Origin: a virus
IMG/VR virus record: IMGVR_UViG_3300027971_000028
Span: 1 to 64,000 of that record
Reading direction: 5' to 3' (one strand)
Length of the DNA stretch: 64,000 nt
Within the stretch, counting starts at the first letter, position 1, and each line of letters begins with the position of its first letter. This document shows, piece after piece, positions 17,223-24,260 of this stretch. A program made the position numbers and the translations under genes. Under the pieces are notes generated by a model that did not search any database, was not told the DNA's origin, and worked only from the letters and a program-made list of their open reading frames with translations.

Positions 17223-17386
17223 TGCCTAGATACGAGATTATCTTTGAGAAGAACAAGACTAAGGTCATACGGGCATCTTCGCTAGAGATTGCTGAAGAAA
17301 GAGCGACCAAGATGGAAGTAGATGGTTGGGCAGTTATGCGTATCTACGAGCAAAAGGGGCAACACGCCGAAAGTCAGGAAAGTTGA
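17222..17386 (+). CDS. Hypothetical 54-aa protein
   Basis: TAATG coupling; hand-read ORF. Confidence 0.65.
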   Translation: MPRYEIIFEKNKTKVIRASSLEIAEERATKMEVDGWAVMRIYEQKGQHAESQES

Positions 17387-17410
17387 TTTTGTCAGGAAAG
17401 TCTGTATAAT
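17383..17410 (+). promoter_or_regulatory. Promoter with two GTCAGGAAAG boxes (17373, 17391)
   Basis: TTGATT-N16-TATAAT. Confidence 0.65.
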
Positions 17411-17452
17411 TATCTTATTGGCAAATTGTCAATAGGACTGAAGGGGGTCTAT

Positions 17453-17608
17453 ATGAAAACGAAGGCAAAGTATATTAGACGCAGAGTGGTAGTAGCACTT
17501 GTGTTGATTGGTCTTATTGTTTGGGCTAACAACGCAACAACACCTGCCGAGTGTAAAGTGCCAACAGAGCAGATGAACCAATTCTGCTTAGATTTGTTAT
17601 ACCCATGA
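17453..17608 (+). CDS. Small membrane-anchored protein (start revised from 17426)
   Basis: AAGGGGG SD; basic N-terminus plus hydrophobic VVVALVLIGLIVW. Confidence 0.7.
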   Translation: MKTKAKYIRRRVVVALVLIGLIVWANNATTPAECKVPTEQMNQFCLDLLYP

Positions 17609-17817
17609 ATATAGAACCAAAGACACCTAGTCCTGCTACCACGGCACAAAGTTTTGCAAGGGTGGAACTAATCAAGCGCCACCGCGCTGAGTATGACGAA
17701 ATCTATCGAGCAAAAATGATTGAGTTAGGTGGCACGCCAAAGCCTACTACTCAAGAAAAGATAGAACTGTTAAAACAAGAAATAGAAAAACTGCAATCAG
17801 AATTGGCTTATAACTAA
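17605..17817 (+). CDS. Hypothetical protein
   Basis: ORF track; ATGA overlap. Confidence 0.7.
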   Translation: MNIEPKTPSPATTAQSFARVELIKRHRAEYDEIYRAKMIELGGTPKPTTQEKIELLKQEIEKLQSELAYN

Positions 17818-18104
17818 TGTCTGATACGCATAATCACCTTGAACAACTAACTGAGAAATGGAACGAAGTCCCTAACTGGACAGTTCTTGAGTATTGGAAA
17901 GGAAAAGGAAAAGAAAGTAATAAGTTCTATTTTAAGATTTATGAAGATAGAACAGGAGAGCATGCACCGTTCTATTGCTTAGAGGAAAACAAAGAAAGTA
18001 GGACTTTTATCTACTGCGCCACGAGGACAAAAGACAGAAAAGGGTATATCTTTCACCTAGAGGAAATAGATATAGCCCCACAACTAGTAGGAAGTGAGAA
18101 ATAA
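17817..18104 (+). CDS. Hypothetical protein
   Basis: ORF track; TAATG coupling. Confidence 0.7.
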   Translation: MSDTHNHLEQLTEKWNEVPNWTVLEYWKGKGKESNKFYFKIYEDRTGEHAPFYCLEENKESRTFIYCATRTKDRKGYIFHLEEIDIAPQLVGSEK

Positions 18105-18105
18105 T

Positions 18106-18252
18106 ATGATACTTGACACGGGAACAATGGTCGCTATTATTATTGCGCTTGCATGTTCATGCTTCGTAATGGTGCTTTCTATCGTAAAATATGGTGTTTT
18201 ATTTAGAGAGAACCAAGAACTAACCGAGAAATTAAGGAAAGGTAAAAAGTAA
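18106..18252 (+). CDS. 48-aa single-pass membrane protein
   Basis: MVAIIIALACSCFVMVLSIV hydrophobic helix. Confidence 0.6.
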   Translation: MILDTGTMVAIIIALACSCFVMVLSIVKYGVLFRENQELTEKLRKGKK

Positions 18253-18254
18253 AA

Positions 18255-18431
18255 ATGAACCAATTTCCAGAGTGCGACACCTTTAGGTGTCAGTTTGAGT
18301 GGCTTGACTTGTCAAGCAACTTCTTTGATATCTCAGTTTACACTCCTGCCGCACTTGCGGTGTTGTTTGGAGTTTTAATTTACAGAGCCGTTAAGAGAAA
18401 ACAGGGATCTGAGTTTAATGGCAAAAAGTAA
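18255..18431 (+). CDS. 58-aa single-pass membrane protein
   Basis: PAALAVLFGVLIY followed by a basic tail. Confidence 0.6.
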   Translation: MNQFPECDTFRCQFEWLDLSSNFFDISVYTPAALAVLFGVLIYRAVKRKQGSEFNGKK

Positions 18432-18618
18432 AAAACTAGAAAGTCAGGCTGCAGAACTATATACATCTGGTCTGGCTATCGATAGTGTTGCGGTTGAACT
18501 AGGAGTTTGTTATAGAACTGCTAGGAAGGCTATCCGTAATGGTGGAGTGCAACTAAGAGATCCCTCTTCTCGCTTGAGAGGTCGGACTAAACCTAACAAC
18601 AAGAAAGGCAAGAAATGA
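18418..18618 (+). CDS. Small helix-turn-helix DNA-binding protein (HTH_58-like)
   Basis: AAELYTSGLAIDSVAVELGVCYRTARKAIRNGGVQLR. Confidence 0.8.
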   Translation: MAKSKKLESQAAELYTSGLAIDSVAVELGVCYRTARKAIRNGGVQLRDPSSRLRGRTKPNNKKGKK

Positions 18619-18767
18619 ACAACTTAAACATAGTATGGACTGCTGTAGGAACAATAGTCTTAGGACTTGCGACCCTACTGTCAGCATGGCAGGGTGACAT
18701 GACCTACACGGTGGCATTTGGTCTTGCATCAATTGCTTCGGCTACTTTGTCTAGCAGAGAGAAGTAA
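18615..18767 (+). CDS. 50-aa two-helix membrane protein (holin-like candidate)
   Basis: Two hydrophobic segments; charged C-terminus. Confidence 0.5.
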   Translation: MNNLNIVWTAVGTIVLGLATLLSAWQGDMTYTVAFGLASIASATLSSREK

Positions 18768-18790
18768 GCCAGAAGATAGTTTTCAGCAGA

Positions 18791-18828
18791 AGCCCCCTAG
18801 AACTTTGGTTGGGACTAGGGGGTTTTTT
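18791..18828 (+). terminator. Intrinsic terminator
   Basis: CCCCCTAG/CTAGGGGG followed by TTTTTT. Confidence 0.8.
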
Positions 18829-18845
18829 GCTGTCTCGGCGTGTCT

Positions 18846-18874
18846 TTGACTATTTGTCAGGAAGGTGGTAGTAT
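18846..18874 (+). promoter_or_regulatory. sigma70-type promoter with GTCAGGAAGGTG in the spacer
   Basis: TTGACT-N17-TAGTAT. Confidence 0.7.
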
Positions 18875-18897
18875 TTGTCCTAAAGGGGGGTATTTAG

Positions 18898-19008
18898 ATG
18901 AAAACCATGAAAAAGCAAATCATTTATATTTCTTGCTGGAAATGTGGCAAATCTATGGCTGTAGCGGAGAAAGACTACCGAAATGGGCTCATATGTGAGA
19001 GTTGCTGA
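18898..19008 (+). CDS. 36-aa zinc-ribbon microprotein
   Basis: CWKC...CESC; AAAGGGGG SD. Confidence 0.65.
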   Translation: MKTMKKQIIYISCWKCGKSMAVAEKDYRNGLICESC

Positions 19009-19184
19009 CCCAAAAACCTACTTTCCTGCACTATTTGTGGTAACCTGATACCTATGAAGCACCAAACGACTTACGACCTACGGACGCATTAGAAAGGTAG
19101 TTGTAATACCTGTCTCCCCAAAGCGGGTGGCACGGGTTGGCTAGTTAAGCAACCTTGTCTCTGTCCCCTAACAAAGGAAAATCA

Positions 19185-19787
19185 ATGCACAAACCCAGTA
19201 ATAGAGTTGTCGAACAAATAGCAAGCATATTAATTGCTGTTCTATCTGTGTCTATCTTCTCTACTTATATTCAATCGTCTGTCGCACAAACGACAACGCA
19301 AACAAAAGATGCACTAAAGATCCAGATTGACAAAGAAATAGAACAGCATAAAGTAAAAATTAAGCAGTTAGAGTTGAAGAAGTTCTCTGAGCAGAAGACT
19401 CCTTTCACGGATGAAGAGTTAGCCAAGATGCTAAGTGCCATTGGTTTTGAAGGTAGAGCACTTAAAGTAGCGTGGGCAGTAGTGAAGAAAGAGTCAAATG
19501 GACGCCCTCTAGCCTTTAATGACAATGTTAAAACAGGAGATCACTCATACGGCATGTTCCAAATCAACATGATCGGTGGATTAGGAGTAGCCCGTCGAGA
19601 TAAGTATGATCTTAAATCTAATACGGATCTGTTTGACCCAGTTGTTAATGCCCAGATTGCATATCACATGAGCAACGAAGGAAGTGATTGGTCATCATGG
19701 GGGGTAGGTAAGTTCCCTTATAATGGTGCTACCGACCAAGCCATGTATAACTTATGGATTACCAAGTTCCCAGAAGGAGCAATCTAG
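19185..19787 (+). CDS. Membrane-anchored or secreted lytic transglycosylase (SLT/lysozyme-like; start revised from 19155)
   Basis: N-terminal hydrophobic helix; AVVKKES catalytic Glu; SYGMFQIN; DLFDPVVNAQIAY. Confidence 0.85.
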   Translation: MHKPSNRVVEQIASILIAVLSVSIFSTYIQSSVAQTTTQTKDALKIQIDKEIEQHKVKIKQLELKKFSEQKTPFTDEELAKMLSAIGFEGRALKVAWAVVKKESNGRPLAFNDNVKTGDHSYGMFQINMIGGLGVARRDKYDLKSNTDLFDPVVNAQIAYHMSNEGSDWSSWGVGKFPYNGATDQAMYNLWITKFPEGAI

Positions 19788-20266
19788 TGAGCGATGAATT
19801 AAATCAAGAAGCCCCAGTCAGTTGGGAAGCCCCTGCTGAGGCTGAAGCCCCTGCGGTTGTAGAAGTTGTTTCTACTCCAGCAGAGCCAGAACCAGTTGTA
19901 GTTCCAGAACCAGAGCCAAAGCCAGTTGTTGAAGTTGTTGCTACTCCAGAGCCTGCGGCTGTAGTTGAAACACCTGCGGCTGAAGAAGCAAAAAGTAAAA
20001 AACCAGCAGCAGCCAGCTATCAAGATGGCGAAGTTGTTGTGTTGTCTAAGTTAGTTCTTAGCAGCAAAGAGAGAAACTCTAGGTCAGTTGCTTTAGTTCA
20101 AGAGCAATTGATATCAAAAGGATATGCCGATGCCGATATGGATAAACGCGGTTGGTATAAAGAGAATACCCAGAAGGCATTGTTAGAGTTCTGCGGCAGC
20201 GAAGGTATTAACGAAGCTACATTAAAAAAGCTATTCGCTAATACAAAGGTAGCAATAGCCTACTAA
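19787..20266 (+). CDS. Pro/Glu/Ala-rich linker plus peptidoglycan-binding-like domain (GTG start overlapping the TAG)
   Basis: GAAGGAG SD; VALVQEQLISKGY...DKRGWYKENTQKALLEF resembles PG_binding_1. Confidence 0.65.
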   Translation: MSDELNQEAPVSWEAPAEAEAPAVVEVVSTPAEPEPVVVPEPEPKPVVEVVATPEPAAVVETPAAEEAKSKKPAAASYQDGEVVVLSKLVLSSKERNSRSVALVQEQLISKGYADADMDKRGWYKENTQKALLEFCGSEGINEATLKKLFANTKVAIAY

Positions 20267-20270
20267 AATT

Positions 20271-20299
20271 AAAAAGCCCCCCATGCGGGGGGCTTGTTT
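20271..20299. terminator. Bidirectional terminator between convergent genes
   Basis: AAAAAGCCCCCC-atgc-GGGGGGCTTGTTT. Confidence 0.8.
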
Positions 20300-20311
20300 A
20301 TAGATTGTTAA

Positions 20312-20458
20312 TTATTTTCTAGATTTCTTTACATCAAAACTTACGGGCACTAGCTCAAGACTTAAAGCGGGTAGGACCGCTACTTTAATTAAATCCTCTA
20401 AACCGTATTGGTCTAGCTTGTTGCCTTCTACTTTAAAGCTAACTGTATATTTAGTCAT
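20312..20458 (-). CDS. 48-aa hypothetical protein (only supported minus-strand gene)
   Basis: MTKYTVSFKVEGNKLDQYGLEDL...; AAGGGGG SD; its own promoter and terminator. Confidence 0.7.
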   Translation of the reverse strand: MTKYTVSFKVEGNKLDQYGLEDLIKVAVLPALSLELVPVSFDVKKSRK

Positions 20459-20508
20459 TTTATTGCCCCCTTGTTTTTGCCCCGCCTACTGCGTTGCTTA
20501 TGAAGCAT

Positions 20509-20538
20509 ATCTTACACCCATAATAAAAGGCTTGTCAA
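20509..20538 (-). promoter_or_regulatory. Minus-strand sigma70-type promoter
   Basis: TTGACA-N18-TAAGAT on the reverse strand. Confidence 0.6.
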
Positions 20539-21004
20539 GTATCTACTATAGGCGTGTCTTAGTCAGACATATGTTCTAGGAATATCTAGAGTAAAGGTTT
20601 ATAGTTAGACTTAAGGGCAAGAGTAGTCAAACCATTAACAAGAACTCTGGTGCATTCAACATCAGAACAATTTATTTACTCGTGAAACATCTACACCTGA
20701 TATATCTAGGCTAATCAACCTTGAGCCACCTTGACTCAACCTTGACTACAAGCCTATCCCTATAGAACAATAATTTATATAAATAAAAAAAAATAAAGTG
20801 TTGTCTGTCTTAGAACTTAAAAAATATAAAAAAGTTCTTATTATTAAAAAACTTTCCGGAAACGATTTAGAAAATGTTCAAACCCATGCAGAGCCTTCTC
20901 ACAGGCCAAAAGCAAATAATGGAAACCTTCATATTTTTGTCTTTTCGTCCAATAAGCAATGCCCTCTTCCTGTACGACATTTAAAAACAATGTAAAATAA
21001 AGGA

Positions 21005-21505
21005 GTGAAAAACAAACCAAAACTACCTAAAGAAGAGATTAAGTTTTTACTCTCTCTTTCCCAAGATGCATTTACTGCCCGCCTTCGCTCCCTCTGGGAA
21101 GCAGGCTGGTCACTTGGGATCATTGCTGAGTCTTTCACTCCGCCTAAACCAAAATCAACTATTCATTTCTGGGTTAAAACCGCTACTCAACAAGAGCAAA
21201 TAAAGCCTATTCCAGAAACTCCATCCAAGTCTTTAACGGTTCTTTCCCCTATTACTGATACGCCTAGACTTCGTTCTATCTCTCTTGGTGTACCTCCTGA
21301 GATTAGAGCGCGTTTAAAACACCTTTCTAGCCTTTCTAGACGCTATAGATCAAAGAGCGCAGCAAATAGTGAACCAGCCTTAGCAAATGTTGCTTTAACT
21401 GAACTTGCAAGGAGTCTACATAATCGAGGAGTTGCAACCGCTACTATTGCCGAGGCCGCTGGAGTCACATATCGAGCCATGGCTAGAAGAATAAGCAATG
21501 GCTAA
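21005..21505 (+). CDS. Double helix-turn-helix DNA-binding protein
   Basis: LWEAGWSLGIIAESF and LHNRGVATATIAEAAGVTYRAMARRI; TAAAAT 7 nt upstream suggests a leaderless start. Confidence 0.75.
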   Translation: MKNKPKLPKEEIKFLLSLSQDAFTARLRSLWEAGWSLGIIAESFTPPKPKSTIHFWVKTATQQEQIKPIPETPSKSLTVLSPITDTPRLRSISLGVPPEIRARLKHLSSLSRRYRSKSAANSEPALANVALTELARSLHNRGVATATIAEAAGVTYRAMARRISNG

Positions 21506-21845
21506 GACATATAAAAACTCTTCTGGCACATACTTAGATAAAGATCTAGTTGTTGCCATATGGCTAAACCCAGAGAAGCAAGGCTCTAGACCAAACGCTA
21601 GACGTCTAGAAACAATTACCTCTAAGGAATCTCCTAACCCAATTGCTTTTCCATTATCACTTCTTAAGAAAAATAAAGTCTGGGCTTTATGTCCCGTTGT
21701 AGTTAAAGTAGAGGACATAGATGTATGGTTAACCCCTAAAGGTGCTTCTAGAGAAAAACCTCTTCTAGTCCCCCTAACAATCGCTAAATCATATTTCGGC
21801 TGGGAAGATTTTCACATACCTTCCGAGTATAAGGAGGTTGTGTGA
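21498..21845 (+). CDS. Hypothetical protein
   Basis: ORF track; overlap coupling. Confidence 0.75.
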   Translation: MAKTYKNSSGTYLDKDLVVAIWLNPEKQGSRPNARRLETITSKESPNPIAFPLSLLKKNKVWALCPVVVKVEDIDVWLTPKGASREKPLLVPLTIAKSYFGWEDFHIPSEYKEVV

Positions 21846-22201
21846 ACGTGGTAGCTGATGTATTTCCAGCGATGGTCGCCTTAGCCTTACCAGGATCTTT
21901 AGAGGATATAAATGAACTTCTACCTAAGGGCGCATCTCCTGCAGGCACTAGGCATGTAGATAGATGTAGAGCAATCTTGCTAAATAATAAACTCTTAATT
22001 GCTGTAGATACCCCTACAGGAGCCAATGTAGTTTTTAATGAAACTTATGTTTCTCATAGCAAAATAGATAGAATCCATAGGGTTACCACCGAGTCTGGAA
22101 AACTTATTGCATTTACTAAAGACGATAACTGCGGATGTGGCTCTAGGCTTAGGTCTTGGAACCCATACGGGTCAATCATTACTGTTGGAGGGGAAGAGTA
22201 A
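21842..22201 (+). CDS. Conserved hypothetical protein (C-terminal CGCG.RLR.WNP)
   Basis: ORF track; AAGGAGG SD. Confidence 0.75.
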   Translation: MNVVADVFPAMVALALPGSLEDINELLPKGASPAGTRHVDRCRAILLNNKLLIAVDTPTGANVVFNETYVSHSKIDRIHRVTTESGKLIAFTKDDNCGCGSRLRSWNPYGSIITVGGEE

Positions 22202-22492
22202 ATGGACAACTTCTTTGAGTTATCAGTGGCTGGTCTTGCTACCTATAGAATAGCAAGGCTTATTGTTAAGGACGAAATATTCTCTAAATTAAGAAATGCA
22301 ATTTGGAAAAAGTTTCCCCCAGAGAAGTCCAAATTTGGCTACCTGTTCACCTGTATGTGGTGTACCGCAATTTGGGTCGCATCACTACTTGAAATATCAC
22401 GTATCATTATCCCTAACGTAATACATCCAGTAGAGGTTGTTCTAGCGATCTCTGCTATTGCTGGTTTGTTGGCTGCGTATGAAGAAAAGTGA
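22202..22492 (+). CDS. DUF1360-like membrane protein
   Basis: LATYRIARLIVKD.IF..LR...FTCMWCTAIW. Confidence 0.75.
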   Translation: MDNFFELSVAGLATYRIARLIVKDEIFSKLRNAIWKKFPPEKSKFGYLFTCMWCTAIWVASLLEISRIIIPNVIHPVEVVLAISAIAGLLAAYEEK

Positions 22493-22532
22493 TAGTTCTT
22501 CTACTCCGCCACAGAGACGAGGAGTTTCAAGG

Positions 22533-24260
22533 GTGAGTGTTTTCAAACACCAAGAGCCGATAGAGCCTACCCCTATCGTTGCGTCTGAAATTGTCCCAAA
22601 GAAAGTTAGAAAAAGAAAAAAGTCTACTACTCGTTCAACTCAGATAGTTAGAAACATTAAACCAAAACTTACAGGCGCTGCTGGAATATTTATTTCCTCT
22701 AATGCTCAAGCAGTTTCCTATTCAACACCTAGAACTTTAACTGCTGCTGCAGTACAAATTAAAATTAATGATAAAGGCGAGTTTGAACAATTCAAACAAC
22801 GTCGATCTGCTGGCTCTAGTGCATGGCAATCCGAAGCATGGGAATATTATGATGCTATTGGAGAAATAAAATATGCATTTAACTTAGTTGCTTCCGTTGT
22901 TTCTCGTATTCGTATCTACGCTGCTGCCATCGATAACGCTGCAGAAGCACCAGCACCCGTTGCGTTATCTAGTGTTATTGATCCACGTTTAGCAGCAGCT
23001 GCGGAGCGAGCACTTGCTCGTTTAGATTCTGCGTACGGTGGACAAGCAGGACTTCTTCGTGATGCTGCATTAAATATTTCAGTTGCTGGTGAATGTTATT
23101 TAGTTCAAATGCCAGAACGAGTTGGTTCAGGTATTCCAGAGTCTTGGGATATTAAATCTGTAGATGAAATAATGGCTGACACTCGCGGTGGATTTAATAT
23201 TGTTGGTCGCAGAGAACAAAGTATTGGTGGAGGTATGTCACCGAACAATAAACTTTCTAAGAGTGCATTTGTAGGACGCATCTGGCGTTCACATCCTCGT
23301 TACTCAGATGAAGCAGATTCATCTCTTCGTGGCTTACTAGATCTTTGCGCAGAACTTTTACTTCTTAATAGAACATTCCGTGCTACAGCACGTTCACGCC
23401 TAAATGCTGGTGCACTTTACTTGCCAGATGGTTTGTCAGTTGCAGCAGGTGGCGACCCAGACTATCCATATGACACAGATAGCGAAGCGAACCCAGGGTT
23501 TACTGCAGAAGAAGCAGAGGATGAGTTTGAAGAACAATTAATTGACGCTATGACAACTCCTATTCGCGACGAGGAGTCTGCTAGTGCAGTAGTTCCACTT
23601 ATTATTCGAGGTCCCGCTGAACTTGGCGACAAGATTAAACAATTTAAGTTTGAGCGTTCATTTGATCCAGCACTTGCTTCTCGCGCCGACAGAGTATTAG
23701 AGCGAATCCTGCAAGGACTAGATGTTCCTAAGGATGTTGTTACTGGTCTAGCAAACGTTAAGTATTCAAACGCACTTCAAATCGATGAGTCACTATATAA
23801 AGCACATATCGAACCATTGATGTTATTAATTGCTGATGCTTTAACAGTTGTTTACTTACGTCCATACCTTAAGGCACAAGGATTTACTGAATCAGAGGTA
23901 GATCGAATTGTTGTTTGGTATGACCCTTCAGCAGTTGCTACTAGAAATGATAAAGCAGCCGATGCTGACTCAGGATTTGATCGTGGCGCTATTTCTTACG
24001 ACTCATGGAGACGTGCTCATGGATTCTCATCTATGGATGCACCAACACCAAATGAACTTGCTATCCGAATGCTTTCTGAAAAGGGAGCAATTAGCCCTGA
24101 GTTAACAGAAGCAATGTTAAACACTGTTGCTCCAGAAATGATGAACGCAGTTAGAGATACACAGCAAGAAAATTCTGTTGCTCCTCTGCCACCAGAGGTA
24201 GAACAAGTTTTACAACAAGCAACACAACCCCCAACTGAGCAACAAGGAGTTACACAATGA
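22533..24260 (+). CDS. Portal protein (start revised from 22458)
   Basis: GAGGAG SD before GTG; WQSEAWEYYDAIGEIKY..., AVVP, LDVP...G..N.W/Y pattern of actinophage portals; first large head gene. Confidence 0.85.
   Translation: MSVFKHQEPIEPTPIVASEIVPKKVRKRKKSTTRSTQIVRNIKPKLTGAAGIFISSNAQAVSYSTPRTLTAAAVQIKINDKGEFEQFKQRRSAGSSAWQSEAWEYYDAIGEIKYAFNLVASVVSRIRIYAAAIDNAAEAPAPVALSSVIDPRLAAAAERALARLDSAYGGQAGLLRDAALNISVAGECYLVQMPERVGSGIPESWDIKSVDEIMADTRGGFNIVGRREQSIGGGMSPNNKLSKSAFVGRIWRSHPRYSDEADSSLRGLLDLCAELLLLNRTFRATARSRLNAGALYLPDGLSVAAGGDPDYPYDTDSEANPGFTAEEAEDEFEEQLIDAMTTPIRDEESASAVVPLIIRGPAELGDKIKQFKFERSFDPALASRADRVLERILQGLDVPKDVVTGLANVKYSNALQIDESLYKAHIEPLMLLIADALTVVYLRPYLKAQGFTESEVDRIVVWYDPSAVATRNDKAADADSGFDRGAISYDSWRRAHGFSSMDAPTPNELAIRMLSEKGAISPELTEAMLNTVAPEMMNAVRDTQQENSVAPLPPEVEQVLQQATQPPTEQQGVTQ

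Larger units (their letters stand above)
1834..20000. repeat. Dispersed 14-bp motif AGCAAAAAGTAAAA (11 exact copies plus partial copies), often 39-40 bp after AAGTTGTTT
   Basis: Exact copies at 1834, 4952, 4983, 10113, 11531, 12089, 13215, 15006, 15657 (minus), 16283, 19987; partial copies near 10611, 14583, 18245, 18420. Confidence 0.9.

Noticed and set aside
18241-18431. Dispersed motif is merely a by-product of Lys-Lys-stop gene ends
   Set aside because: This explains the partial copies at 18245 and 18420 only; most exact copies are intergenic, one is inverted, and four keep a fixed distance to a second motif
19010-19184. c-di-AMP (ydaO) riboswitch upstream of the transglycosylase
   Set aside because: The context fits, but I could not find the ydaO consensus; only one modest hairpin is visible, and an Rfam scan is needed
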